The notes beneath the pieces are model-generated. The model saw only the letters and a program-made list of their open reading frames with translations, was not told the origin of the DNA and ran no database searches. The position numbers and the translations under genes were made by a program. A DNA stretch of 64,000 nt from a virus (taxonomy: Duplodnaviria; Caudoviricetes), in IMG/VR virus record IMGVR_UViG_3300046681_000151, positions 29,471-93,470 of that record. One strand, written 5' to 3'. The stretch's first letter is position 1, and every line of letters begins with the position of its first letter. Shown here piece after piece: positions 1 to 9,812 of the stretch.

Positions 1-334
1 ACGCGGCACCGTCCAGCGGCATCGGCCGGGCGCAGGCCTCGCACAGGCCGGCCGGGGTGAGCGGCCCGTCGTCCTGCTTGCAGCGCGGGCAGCGCCCCAT
101 GGCCAGGTCGCGGAGGTGGGCGGCGCCGTCGGGGTCGTACTGGATGGCGGTGACGGCGGCCACGTAGGCGGGGAAGCCGGCGGCGAGCCGGTCCTTGTTG
201 CCGGGGTCGGCGGCGTCGATCGTGACGAGCAGCTGCCGGGTGAACGAGCCGGGTTTCAGGCCGCCTTCGCGGCCGTAGTGCCACAGCACGTGGGCTGCCA
301 CATCGGCGGGAATCGTCGGGGTGCTGGTGCTCAC
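1..334 (-). CDS. Hypothetical phage protein with C-terminal Zn-ribbon (stop codon at window edge)
   Basis: GTG at 334 after GGAG; reads VSTSTPTIPADVAAHVLWHYG...CPRCKQDD...CEAC. Confidence 0.65.
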   Translation of the reverse strand, partial: MSTSTPTIPADVAAHVLWHYGREGGLKPGSFTRQLLVTIDAADPGNKDRLAAGFPAYVAAVTAIQYDPDGAAHLRDLAMGRCPRCKQDDGPLTPAGLCEACARPMPLDGAA

Positions 335-490
335 TTCTGGTGCTCCTGTTCGCTTCTGAGCTGCGTGTTCGGCGTGAAATGGGTGCACTGAGGGCGGGCC
401 GCCAGCCCCGACCGGGGGGTGGTGCAGGGCTGGCGACCCTGGGAGGCCGCGGAGTTGGGGGGACTCCGGCGGCCGGTCTTGGGTTGTTGG

Positions 491-1564
491 TCAGGCGGTG
501 GCGGCGGTAGCAGGCGCGGCCGTCTCTGCGGCCTTGTGCTCCTCGGCCCGCTCCTTGAGGTAGGCCGTGTACTCGTCGTGCCACTGCTGCGGGTTGTGGC
601 CGGCTGCTTCGGCGGCATCCCACGCGAACTCGCCGATCTCGCCGGAGTCGAGCTGCTCGGCCGTGTCGGCGATGATCTGCTCGGCGTACCGCGGGTCGAC
701 GGTGTGCAGGGCGTCGAGGAACCGGTACGCCATCCAGGCGTGCACTCCGGCGCTGACGTGGGCGTGGAACTCGTCCGGGTTGCTCATGGACTTGCCGTGC
801 ATGTCGGCGCACGAGTGGAGCGTCTGCTTGAGGAGTTCCTCGCCGGTCTCGCGGGGGTCCTTCGTGACCTCGTAGCACTGGTTGGGGTCGTCGGCGGGCA
901 TGTCGGCCGCCATGTCGGCGCCCTTCGCTCCGGCGGCCAGCGTCCACAGCCACAGGCTGCTGGCGGACTCGAACGTCTCTTCCGTGACTGGTCCGACTCC
1001 GGCGTACCGGGCGGGCATCTGGGCGCCGATGAAGTCCTCGGCGAAGACGAGCACGGGCTTCTGGTCGCCGGTGATGCGGACGCGGATGCCGTGGCCGCTG
1101 TCCGCCCACCCGGCCAGGGTCTCGGTGTTCAGGGCGGGGAACGTCTCTGCCTCGGCGGTCTGTTCGCTGATGGTGCGGAGCAGGCCGCGCCAGTCGGGGA
1201 AGGCCAGGCCGAGGCTGACGGCGATGCGGAGTTCGGTGTGGGGTCCGGCGAACACGAGCCGGTCTTCGTCGGTGCTGATCGTGATGTACGAGGCCCCCTT
1301 CATGGCGCTGGTCCACTCGCGCAGTGAGGGCAGGTACTGGGCGGGGATGGTGCGCGCCCACGGCTCCTGGTTGAGGTCGCCGTGGTTGAGCTGGTAGCGG
1401 GCGGCGGCGAGGGTGTACCGGTCGGAGGTGACCGCATACAGGTAGCGGGCGTCGATGTCGAGACGGATGCCGTTCAGCTGCTCGTTGGACTCGTCGTCGT
1501 AGAGGTGGCTGCTCGTCTTGTCGAGGAGCCGGCCGAGCTGGTGAGCGTTGATCGTGACGGACAC
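491..1564 (-). CDS. DNA polymerase III beta-clamp-like phage protein
   Basis: GGAG RBS then GTG at 1564; LNGIRLDI...YAVTSDRYTLA and FPDWRGLL match beta-clamp motifs (ATDxHRL, YPDY). Confidence 0.65.
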   Translation of the reverse strand: MSVTINAHQLGRLLDKTSSHLYDDESNEQLNGIRLDIDARYLYAVTSDRYTLAAARYQLNHGDLNQEPWARTIPAQYLPSLREWTSAMKGASYITISTDEDRLVFAGPHTELRIAVSLGLAFPDWRGLLRTISEQTAEAETFPALNTETLAGWADSGHGIRVRITGDQKPVLVFAEDFIGAQMPARYAGVGPVTEETFESASSLWLWTLAAGAKGADMAADMPADDPNQCYEVTKDPRETGEELLKQTLHSCADMHGKSMSNPDEFHAHVSAGVHAWMAYRFLDALHTVDPRYAEQIIADTAEQLDSGEIGEFAWDAAEAAGHNPQQWHDEYTAYLKERAEEHKAAETAAPATAATA

Positions 1565-1669
1565 GGATACTCCTGGGAGACTGGTGGCGGACCCCCGCTC
1601 GCTGTCATCGGGCGGGGTTTCTTCTTGGGCGCCGGCGAGGCGAGAGCGAGTCATCGCCCCACCGGCGGG

Positions 1670-2158
1670 TCAGTGGGTGGCGGCGCGGCCCGGGTCGAGG
1701 ACGGGCCCGAGGAGTCCGGCGTCGCGGGCGTCCCAGAGGGCGCGGACGTCGATGGGCCCGGTCGCCATGTCTTCCGGCCCGTCGATGGGGCGGATCATCG
1801 GCGGCACGTCGATCCGGTTGGCGTTGTCCTCTGCCGCGATCTGGGCGCCGAAGCGGGCCTGCAGTTGGAGCGCCCGGTCCCGCCACTCGTCGCGGTTCAC
1901 CCGCATCTGCTCGGCGACCGCCTCGGCCTCGTCGCGCAGCTGCTGTTCCAGGCCGAGTGCGGCGTTGGTGGTGACGACGTCGTGCATGAGGATCGCGAAG
2001 AAGTCGTCGGCGCCGGCCTGCCAGTCGAGGAGCTTGGCGTTGTCCTCACGGACGGCGGCCAGGTGTTCCTGGGCCTTGCGCAGCTTGGTCTCGATGCGGT
2101 TCGCCTTGCGGGGCCTCGGCTTGCCGCTCAGGCTGGGGATCAAGTCGGTGAGCGTCAC
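1670..2158 (-). CDS. Hypothetical coiled-coil phage protein
   Basis: 162-aa ORF coupled to the upstream gene. Confidence 0.65.
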   Translation of the reverse strand: MTLTDLIPSLSGKPRPRKANRIETKLRKAQEHLAAVREDNAKLLDWQAGADDFFAILMHDVVTTNAALGLEQQLRDEAEAVAEQMRVNRDEWRDRALQLQARFGAQIAAEDNANRIDVPPMIRPIDGPEDMATGPIDVRALWDARDAGLLGPVLDPGRAATH

Positions 2159-2469
2159 TGCTGCTCCAGTCCGGTGCGGTCGATGTAGCCGGCGGCGTCG
2201 GTGTCGGCGAAGTTGCGGGCGGTGGCTTCGGCGCGGCTGAGTTCGGTGGCCGCGGCGAGCCCGAGCGCGTCGAGGAGTTCGAGCACCCCCGCGGCGATGG
2301 CCGGCTGCCGGGCGAGCTGCTTGCCGGCGAGCTTCGGCATCAATTCGTCCAACTCATGCGGGTGTTCGGCGGCGATCCGGTCCGCGACATGCACGGCCGC
2401 GGCACGGGTCTGCCGGAAGGTGGGTGCGCTGACCGCCCCCACGGACTGGCCCAGCTCTCCGCCGCTCAT
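2155..2469 (-). CDS. Hypothetical phage protein
   Basis: ATG at 2469 overlaps the stop of 2466..2969 (ATGA); MSGGELGQ... Confidence 0.6.
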   Translation of the reverse strand: MSGGELGQSVGAVSAPTFRQTRAAAVHVADRIAAEHPHELDELMPKLAGKQLARQPAIAAGVLELLDALGLAAATELSRAEATARNFADTDAAGYIDRTGLEQQ

Positions 2470-2969
2470 GAGGCGGCCTTCCGGGTGACGCGGTCGACCA
2501 GGGTGTTGGTGTCGGCGCGCCACGTCTGCGGGTGGTCCCAGTTCGCAGCCGGGTGGGCGCCTTGGAGGAGGGTGGCGATCTGCCGGGAGCCGCCCGCCTG
2601 GAACTTGATGACCCGGCCGTCTGCGGTCAGGGCGCGGGCGACGACATGCCGGGTGGAGATGCCGGTCGTATCTGTCCACAGCGGGGTGATGAGGATGGTG
2701 ACCGCGCCGGGCGCGATCTGGCGGATGCGGTAGGGCAGCTGCTTGGTGTGGCGGCGCCGGCGGGATGCGGAAGCCCGGCGCGGATGCAGCGGATGCACTT
2801 CGCGGTCGGCGGTGCGGCGGGAGCGCTGCGTTTCCAGGAACTCGCCGAGCACACCGCGCGACCAGTGCCCCATGTCGGGGCCGTAGATGGTGGCGAAGTC
2901 GGCGTCGAGGGTGATGAGGGCCTGCTCGACGTCGTCGGCCGGCGGGCGGGGGGCTACGGCGGTCGCCAT
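2466..2969 (-). CDS. Hypothetical phage protein
   Basis: 167-aa ORF in the coupled early operon. Confidence 0.65.
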   Translation of the reverse strand: MATAVAPRPPADDVEQALITLDADFATIYGPDMGHWSRGVLGEFLETQRSRRTADREVHPLHPRRASASRRRRHTKQLPYRIRQIAPGAVTILITPLWTDTTGISTRHVVARALTADGRVIKFQAGGSRQIATLLQGAHPAANWDHPQTWRADTNTLVDRVTRKAAS

Positions 2970-3959
2970 CTACGCCACCGCCTTGAGGCTGCGAGAGCCG
3001 TGCTCGGCGGCGGCCTGGGCGACGACGGTGGCCAGCTTGTCCAACGCGGCCTGGCTGGACAGGTCGAGGGCGATCGAGACGTGGTCGAGGACGATCGCCG
3101 GGTGGCCGTCCTCGACGACGTACCGGATGTCGTCCGGGTTGTCGCCGAGGATGAGCGTCTGGTTCAGGAGCCGGGTCGGGTTGTCGTTCATCGGGTTTCC
3201 TCCTCGACGCTGGCATCGACGACGTCGAGCCAGTCCTCGTAGTGGTCGGAACTCGGGTGGCCGCCGGTGGACGGCTGGCCGGAGATTGGCGCACTGAGCG
3301 CGTAGGCGGCGACGAGGGCGAGGGTGGCGTGCACCTGGGCTTCGGCGAGAGCCCGGTCTGCTTCGCAGTGGCCCTCATCGTTGGGGCGGGCATAGTTCGC
3401 TGCGTCCGTGATGAGCTTCTCGGCCTCGCGGTAGTGCTCGGGGCCGGTCACTTCGACGCCTCCAGAGGCGTGGCGGTCGGGTACGGGAAGGCGGCGCCGA
3501 GGGCGTCTTCGTCGGCGTCGTAGAGCAGATGCCGCATCTCGGCGCCCTCGCCGGATGTGGCGTGCTGGCCGTGGACACCGGCCTGCGGGTCGGCCAGCAG
3601 CAGGCGGAGGCGTTCGGTCAGCGTTGGCAGCGGGACGTCGAGGTCGGTGATCGGGCGGGTCACGCCGTCACCGCCCCGCTGAGTCCGGCCAGGGCGTCGG
3701 CCCATGCGTCGTCGTTGCCGCCGACGTAGCGGGCCTCGACGCGTGCGCCGAACTCGGTCAGCGTGTGCCGTGACTCGAACGAGCCGGCCGGGCTGTACGC
3801 CGACCGCTGCGACAGCTTCTTGGTGTACGCCTTGCGGATGTAGTCGCCCGCACCCTCCGCCGACTGCGACGAGTTGTACTCACCCACCGGCTGCCAGACG
3901 CCCGGGTTCTCGCGGCAGGCGGCGGCCACGGCGAAGTGGTCGACCTTGCGGCGCCTCAC
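2970..3959 (-). CDS. Four small coupled early genes (2970-3191, 3188-3451, 3448-3663, 3660-3959), hypothetical
   Basis: Overlapping start/stop junctions and GC-rich third codon positions. Confidence 0.6.
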
Positions 3960-4804
3960 GCCGCACCGCCGAGCGGGAAGCGGTTCTGCACTGCGTAGTT
4001 CTTCGAGACCTCGGCCCAGGCCGTGTCGAAGAGGTCGATGTCCCGGTGCGTATAGACCGCGACGTCGCGGTGCACGCCGTGGATCGGGCGCTTGATCTTC
4101 TGTGGGTCCTTGCCGTCATACCGGGCCCGGTACAGCGCGGCGACGGTCTTCCCCAGACGGGTCCGAGCCGATGCGAGATCGGCCGGCGCGATCCGTCCGT
4201 CGAGGTACTCGTCGCAGGTGATCGTGATGTCGGCGGGGTCGATGTCCGGCTCCTCGCCGTTCATCCGCGCCAACTCGGTGCGCGCCATCGCTTCCATGTA
4301 GGAGGCGTTCACGAGACCGAACTGTTTCGCCACGCCCATTGCCGTCAGCCGCTCACGGGCCAACTGCGCCCGCTCCACGCCGTCCAACTGGGAGCGGAGA
4401 GTCTCGACCTGCTCCAGAGTCGCGGCCGGGTTGATGGCGCCGCCCTGTGTCCAGTACGCCTCGATCGCGTCGGCGGTCTCATCCTGGAAGGCGATGAGCG
4501 TCTTGCGGTGAGGTTCGGCGACACGGTGCTCGTTCACCGTGGCCAGCAGCATCAGGAAAGTGCGGACCGGCACGGCTGCCATCTCGTAGGTCTTGCCGTC
4601 GGACCCAGTTGTGTCCGTCTGCGCCACAACTGCCCACGAGCGGGACTTGAGCTTGCGGAGCTGTGCAGAGTAGGAGAGTCCAAGCTCCTCGACTGCGGGC
4701 TTGAGGACGATGTGCGGTGCGCCGTCCACGAGGACGGTCTGAACGGAGCCGGCCGACAGGTCGAGTTTCACGACCTCGCGCGACTCGGGTGATGATGTGG
4801 ACAA
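3956..4804 (-). CDS. Phage antirepressor, P22 AR N-terminal domain
   Basis: DGAPHIVLKPAVEELGLSYSAQLRKLK...GSDGKTYEM...FQDETADAIEAYWTQG resembles P22_AR_N; lies just downstream of cro/xis. Confidence 0.82.
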   Translation of the reverse strand: MSTSSPESREVVKLDLSAGSVQTVLVDGAPHIVLKPAVEELGLSYSAQLRKLKSRSWAVVAQTDTTGSDGKTYEMAAVPVRTFLMLLATVNEHRVAEPHRKTLIAFQDETADAIEAYWTQGGAINPAATLEQVETLRSQLDGVERAQLARERLTAMGVAKQFGLVNASYMEAMARTELARMNGEEPDIDPADITITCDEYLDGRIAPADLASARTRLGKTVAALYRARYDGKDPQKIKRPIHGVHRDVAVYTHRDIDLFDTAWAEVSKNYAVQNRFPLGGAA

Positions 4805-4909
4805 GGTCCACTCCGGTTTCTCTCAGGGATCGATGGGTGGATCTCGCGGCGTGAGCCGCGGTGGCCCCGGCTGCCGGTAGCCCCCGGCGGTTGGGGTCTT
4901 TTGCTGCTC

Positions 4910-5137
4910 TCAGGCGGCGGAGTGGCTGGCCTGGTCGGTGTCGGCGTGTTCGCCGTTCAACCAGGCGTCCAGCTCGGTGACCTTGTAGGCGTAGCGGCGG
5001 AGTCCGTGACGCACGCCTTTCGGACCTGTTTCGTCGCGGCGCCAGCGGTAGAGGGTGACGACGTGGACGCCGATGTAGTCGGCGGCGTCGTCGCTCCACA
5101 GCCAGCCCTTCGGTGGGGGCTTGGGGTTCTTGGCCAT
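4910..5137 (-). CDS. Excisionase / AlpA-like HTH protein
   Basis: DDAADYIGVHVVTLYRWR...GP...YKVTELDAWL winged-HTH pattern. Confidence 0.8.
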   Translation of the reverse strand: MAKNPKPPPKGWLWSDDAADYIGVHVVTLYRWRRDETGPKGVRHGLRRYAYKVTELDAWLNGEHADTDQASHSAA

Positions 5138-5141
5138 TGGT

Positions 5142-5438
5142 CTATTCCTCGCTCGCGGGGGTGGGGGTACGAGACGTTCGATTCAGATTCGGAGACGATG
5201 GGGGCGCGAAAAGGGGGAAGATCGCGCTTCCGACGGCCTCCGAGAGGGCCGTGGCGTCGTCGACGTCAGCGGTGGGCTGTCTGCCGGTCAGGAGCTTCTC
5301 GATCACTCCCTGGCTGACACCGGACTCTTCGGCGAGAGTGCGGACCGAGTAGGGCTTTCCTCGGCCCGGAAAGTCCATGTAGTGCTTGAGGACTGGGACG
5401 CTGCGCAGGGTCCAGCGTCGGCTTGCACGTCGGCTCAC
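5142..5438 (-). CDS. Cro-like XRE HTH regulator
   Basis: SVRTLAEESGVSQGVIEKLLTG HTH; divergent from the repressor. Confidence 0.8.
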   Translation of the reverse strand: MSRRASRRWTLRSVPVLKHYMDFPGRGKPYSVRTLAEESGVSQGVIEKLLTGRQPTADVDDATALSEAVGSAIFPLFAPPSSPNLNRTSRTPTPASEE

Positions 5439-5495
5439 GATTCCCCCGGTGTTGCGGATCTGTTTGCCTAACAGAGCAAATCATAGTGGAGCCGT

Positions 5496-5585
5496 TTCGT
5501 CTACAGATCCGAGACGATTCACCGCCGGGTATCGGAAAATCTCGTGGCTGGATAGCATCGATCTGTAGACGAACTGTCTCGGATC
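5496..5585. promoter_or_regulatory. Genetic-switch operator region with inverted repeats
   Basis: TTCGTCTACAGATC (5496-5509) / GATCTGTAGACGAA (5560-5573) and GATCCGAGAC (5506-5515) / GTCTCGGATC (5576-5585) between divergent cro and repressor. Confidence 0.65.
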
Positions 5586-5682
5586 GAAGAAGGTTGTACG
5601 GACTGAGCTGGTACTTTTCCGACGCGCACTCCCCCACGCAGAGACAGTCGGTGTTGAAGTGTCACGAGAGGACGAAGAGGAC

Positions 5683-6114
5683 ATGACGGCTCCGGCCACC
5701 ACCCCAGACCCCGGTGCGGCCGAATCAACCCCCACCGGTGCGCTCTCCCAGCTCATCCAGGACGCCAACGACCGAGGCATCTCCTACCAGAAGATGTCCG
5801 ACCGGGCCGTCGACGAGGAGAGCGGCACCCGACTGTCCAAGCCGTACCTGCAGCGCCTCGTCTCCAACCCGCCCACGAACTCACCCAGCCCGAAGCAGCT
5901 GAAGGCCCTCGCGAACGCCCTCGGGGTCAGCGAGCGGCGACTCAAGGCCGCCGCCGCCGCCCAGTGGCTGGAATACGAAGCCACCGAGCTGGCCGGCTAC
6001 AACGACGAGGTGCGCATCATCGTCGGCCACCTCGCGGGCATGCCCGAGTCCGAGCTGCGGCGCTGGCGGGCGATGATCGAAGCCGACGAGCGCGCCCGCC
6101 GCGAAAACGAGTAG
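5683..6114 (+). CDS. Immunity repressor, XRE family
   Basis: ISYQKMSDRA...LSKPYLQRL...LKALANALGVS HTH; divergent from cro, upstream of int. Confidence 0.78.
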   Translation: MTAPATTPDPGAAESTPTGALSQLIQDANDRGISYQKMSDRAVDEESGTRLSKPYLQRLVSNPPTNSPSPKQLKALANALGVSERRLKAAAAAQWLEYEATELAGYNDEVRIIVGHLAGMPESELRRWRAMIEADERARRENE

Positions 6115-6271
6115 CGGACCAGACAGGCCCCGTGGGCAAGTTGACCAAAAAAGTCCCCAAGTAGACATTCCCGTCGACTCGTTGTCGACGTCTGCTCACG
6201 GGGCGTACCCTTCCACAACCGTGCGTGTCCGGCGCATCGCGCCCACCCGCACTGTGACCCTGGGAGGGTTC

Positions 6272-6721
6272 ATGCTGCGCGTCGTGTACGAAGCAACCGC
6301 CGACCTCGAACGACAGCGGCTCGTCGAGATAATTGAGACCCGCGGCAGGGTGGCCGTCAAGCTCCGCGAAGGCGCCACGGCCGACGAATATCTTGCCCCC
6401 CTCAACGAGGAGCTCAAGAGGTTCGTCGACCGGTGCAGCTGGTTCCAGATCTGGCGCGGCCAGATCATCAGCGCCGACTCGCCCGACAGCCCCCTCACCG
6501 TCCAGTTCGAACCGGACGGGCACGTCGACCACGCCCAGGGCGTCAACATCCGGGAACTCGGCGGCGTCGTGCGCCTGCACGTCTGCCCCGAACTCACCGC
6601 TGGTGAACTCGCCAGGGCAGTCAACCGACCCATCGAACTCTTCCTCGCCGGCGGGCAGTGGTTCCAGCTGTGGGAAGGGGAGATCGTCACCATGGACTCT
6701 CCTGACAGCCGCGCCGCCTGA
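6272..6721 (+). CDS. Hypothetical protein with internal duplication, between repressor and integrase
   Basis: GGAGG RBS; two repeats ending WFQIWRGQII and WFQLWEGEIV. Confidence 0.75.
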   Translation: MLRVVYEATADLERQRLVEIIETRGRVAVKLREGATADEYLAPLNEELKRFVDRCSWFQIWRGQIISADSPDSPLTVQFEPDGHVDHAQGVNIRELGGVVRLHVCPELTAGELARAVNRPIELFLAGGQWFQLWEGEIVTMDSPDSRAA

Positions 6722-6745
6722 CGCGAACCACGAAGTGGACACCGC

Positions 6746-8149
6746 ATGCCCGGATATATCGAAGATCGCTGGTACAAGAAGGACGCGAACGGCAAGCGCA
6801 CCATCCCCACCGACCGAGTCGACCAAGGGAAGCGCTACAAGGTCGCCGGGGTCCCGGGCGTCCGGGACCGCAGCTTCGACAAGCTGCTTGGCGCGGAGGG
6901 CGCGAGGGCGTGGCTGGCCAAAGCCCAGCACGAATCCACACGCGGCGAGTTCATTGATCCACGCGACGGCAACATCCTCCTGCGCGAGTACGTCGAGAAG
7001 CACTGGTGGCCCAACCAGAGCTACCCCGACCCTGTCACCAGGAGCACCGTGCGGGGCAAAGTGTGGAACCACATCCTCACGCACCTCGGATCGAAGTCGC
7101 TCAACACGATCAAGACGCCGCAGCTGCGTGCCTGGCTGAAGACGCTCAACGCCCAGCTCGGGGCCGGCACTGTGAACGACGTGTGGGGCGCCCTGTCCGC
7201 CATCCTCCAGGCGGCCGTCGACGATGAACGGATCACCAAGAACTACTGCCGGTCACAGAAGACCGTCCGCCCGCCGAGCAGACCCGACCCCAGGGCGCAG
7301 GCCTGGTCACGAGACCGGGTTCTGCTGGTGCGTTCCGCCATCGACGAGCGCGTGCGTCTCGCGGTGGACCTCGGCGTCGGGGCCGGTCTTCGGCAGGGCG
7401 AGGTGTTCGGGCTTGCGGCCGAAGACGTCGACATGGCCGCCCAGGTGATTCACGTGCAGAGGCAGATAAAGAAGGTCGGGTCGAAACTCGTCTTCGCCTT
7501 GCCGAAGGGCCGCAAAGCGCGCACCGTTCCCGTCCCCCCGCACCTACTGCTGCAGGTGAAGGAACACCTGGAGCGGTGGCCGGCACGGGCGGTGACACTG
7601 CCGTGGGGAGACCCTGCCGAAGAGGGCACCGAGAAGGAGCTGAAGGAGCGCGCGCCGCGGACGTTCAACCTGATGCTCACTGCAGCGCAGGGTGGGGCCT
7701 GGAGGCGGGACTACTTCAACGACAACTTCTGGAAGCCGGCCCTTGAGGCGGCCGGGCTGGCGGATCCGCCCGAGATGACGAAGCGGCCGATCGCCGGGAA
7801 GCCGGGCAGGTTCCGGACGGTGCGACGGTATGCGGAGGACCGGGAGATGGGCTTCCACTCGCTGCGGCATACATTCGCGTCGGTGCAGCTGGACGCGCGC
7901 GAGTCGGTTGTGTCAGTCTCGAAGTGGCTGGGCCACGCAGATCCGTCGATCACGCTCCGGATCTACGCGCACATGATGCCCGAGGCTGACGGCCGGGGCC
8001 GGACTGCAATGCAGAATTGGTTCGAGGGGGGCACGAAAAAGATCTCCCCAGATGCTCCCCGGGACCTGGAAGCTTCAATTCCGCCCATGAGTTTGCCGCC
8101 CGGGGTTGCCGTTCAGGATGACGCGACCGAGCCACTGCCGGTGTCCTGA
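6746..8149 (+). CDS. int: Tyrosine integrase
   Basis: Catalytic set GLRQGE (R), PKG (K), HSLRH, LGH, TLRIYAH (Y); N-terminal SAM-like domain. Confidence 0.95.
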   Translation: MPGYIEDRWYKKDANGKRTIPTDRVDQGKRYKVAGVPGVRDRSFDKLLGAEGARAWLAKAQHESTRGEFIDPRDGNILLREYVEKHWWPNQSYPDPVTRSTVRGKVWNHILTHLGSKSLNTIKTPQLRAWLKTLNAQLGAGTVNDVWGALSAILQAAVDDERITKNYCRSQKTVRPPSRPDPRAQAWSRDRVLLVRSAIDERVRLAVDLGVGAGLRQGEVFGLAAEDVDMAAQVIHVQRQIKKVGSKLVFALPKGRKARTVPVPPHLLLQVKEHLERWPARAVTLPWGDPAEEGTEKELKERAPRTFNLMLTAAQGGAWRRDYFNDNFWKPALEAAGLADPPEMTKRPIAGKPGRFRTVRRYAEDREMGFHSLRHTFASVQLDARESVVSVSKWLGHADPSITLRIYAHMMPEADGRGRTAMQNWFEGGTKKISPDAPRDLEASIPPMSLPPGVAVQDDATEPLPVS

Positions 8150-8420
8150 CCAGCCACTTTGCCTCCAGCCGCCCGGCGTAACTCCGCTGCAGGCGGCTGG
8201 AGGTGGGGGATGCCGGTGACTGGTGGGGCGATGTCCGTACAGATGGTGTTGTTCTGTCCCCTGCAAGACGCGTCACTTGGACGTTCTCTCCGGGGTGACC
8301 CCAGATCCCCTCCGAACAGGGAATCATTGGAGAACTTAGGAGAGCATTGCAGAGTGCAACCGCTCATCCTGACTCTCCCCGAGGGCTCCCCGCGGCACTT
8401 CCCTCCCCAGACGCTCCCCG
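8044..8420. other. Putative attP with integrase arm-type repeats
   Basis: CTCCCCAGATGCTCCCCG (8044-8061), CTCCCCGAGGGCTCCCCG (8375-8392), CTCCCCAGACGCTCCCCG (8403-8420), and inverted GGAGAACTTAGGAGAG (~8329-8344). Confidence 0.65.
8162..8203 (+). terminator. Hairpin downstream of int
   Basis: CCTCCAGCCGCC ... GGCGGCTGGAGG 12-bp stem. Confidence 0.5.
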
Positions 8421-8446
8421 AAGTCGACCGACCGTAAGGCCTCCCA

Positions 8447-8698
8447 TCAGGCCTCTTCCGACCCCGGCAGCAGGCCCAGCCGCCCGGGGGTGTACGCCTG
8501 CCCGCTCCGGGCCGCCAGCGCCTCCCGCCGCTTCTCCATATCGATGACGCACTCTCTGCATGCCCTGACGTCCTGCAGGCCGCCGGCCAACGGGCGGATC
8601 GTTTCGACGTGGGCCGTCGGCACGACGCCCTTCGATGGATGCCTGAAGCAGACCCCCGGCTCCCAGCGGTAGAGGGCGAGGAGTTCCTCGTCGTCCAT
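8447..8698 (-). CDS. Hypothetical Cys/His-containing protein
   Basis: AGGAG RBS; MDDEELLALYRWEPGVCFRHP...CREC. Confidence 0.65.
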   Translation of the reverse strand: MDDEELLALYRWEPGVCFRHPSKGVVPTAHVETIRPLAGGLQDVRACRECVIDMEKRREALAARSGQAYTPGRLGLLPGSEEA

Positions 8699-8967
8699 GT
8701 GCCGTCTCCTGATGCGGTGGGTGACTGATGGGTGAGTTGCAGGCACGTCGTTCCCTCTCTGCCCAACGAGAGCCGCAGGCCAGGGGTTGTTCACCCTTTC
8801 GGGCGAACATGCTTTCGATTTCCGGACACTACATCGAGCCCTGCGGCATATGCCAGGTCACGCAGGGCTGATCATGCCTGCCGCACGCTGGGCTGCATAT
8901 ATGCACAAGACCGGAAGCGACAGTTTAGGTACTGACACAAGATCGACTGGCCGAAACGGTTTACCGG

Positions 8968-9213
8968 GTGCCAGCCCGCCGCAACATCAGACCCGACTGG
9001 GTCCGCGCCCGCCAGATCGCCCTCGGCCGCCGCATCGCCGACCTCCGTCACGCCGCCGAACTCTCCCAGGAGCAGTTAGGGAACCTCGCCGGCGTAGAGC
9101 GAAGGACCGTGCAGCGGTATGAGAACGCGGTCACCGACCCGAGGTACGCGGATCTCCTGCTCATCGCGCACGCGCTGCGAGTCCACGTGACAGACCTCCT
9201 CGGGGGCAGCTGA
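8968..9213 (+). CDS. XRE-family HTH regulator
   Basis: LSQEQLGNLAGVERRTVQRYENA HTH_3 motif. Confidence 0.85.
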   Translation: MPARRNIRPDWVRARQIALGRRIADLRHAAELSQEQLGNLAGVERRTVQRYENAVTDPRYADLLLIAHALRVHVTDLLGGS

Positions 9214-9420
9214 ATAGGCAGCTCCGGCGGGGTCTGGGCCGGGCTATCAACTATTAGTCAACAGGTAAACCTGCGGTAAGGGAACCGTGCCCGATGCATA
9301 TACCTGTGCGGAATCGGCGTACCCCATGTGAACATCTAGCCCACCGCGACCCTCTGGCCAGAGCGTTCCGGTTCGCGCCCCGTGTGACCCGGCCGCCGCG
9401 CCGTCCACGGCGGCCGGGAG

Positions 9421-9651
9421 TCAGCGCGGCATCTGCCGGTACGTCTCGTCGCCTGTCGCCTGGTAGGCCCGCCACAGCTTCCCCGCGGTGTCGCAGGCGC
9501 CGTGGTCGATGTCGCGGCAGTTGTCGCAGCCGGTGGCGTGGGTGACGTAGGCGCTGTAGGCCTGCTGGAGTGGGCTGAGTTCGCCGGCGCCGGAGGTTAT
9601 GACGGGCGGCCGGGTTACCGGCTCGGGTGGTCCGTCTCTACGCTCTTCCAT
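9421..9651 (-). CDS. Small hypothetical protein (HxxxCxxC...C)
   Basis: HATGCDNCRD...C; divergent from GntR gene. Confidence 0.55.
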   Translation of the reverse strand: MEERRDGPPEPVTRPPVITSGAGELSPLQQAYSAYVTHATGCDNCRDIDHGACDTAGKLWRAYQATGDETYRQMPR

Positions 9652-9812
9652 GGCGGCGCTCCACGTCGGTGTCGTCCATGCCCCCGGGCCGGTCACACGG
9701 TCGCGGGGGTCTCTGACTTTGCAGGCTAGCCCGACTTGTATCGCTCTGTCTCGCGACGTCTCGATACGTAGCCCGAGATGCTGACCTGTTGCACCCTGTC
9801 TAGCTTCGGATC

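Noticed and set aside
395-478. Two GC-rich intergenic hairpins as an ncRNA
   Set aside because: Single copy with no covariation support; may be only a terminator or processing site
2155-3393. 412-aa ORF
   Set aside because: Only the last 104 aa look coding; the rest overlaps three better genes
8150-8330. tRNA 3' fragment as att core
   Set aside because: No T-arm (GTTCGAATC) or CCA-type sequence found; core left undefined
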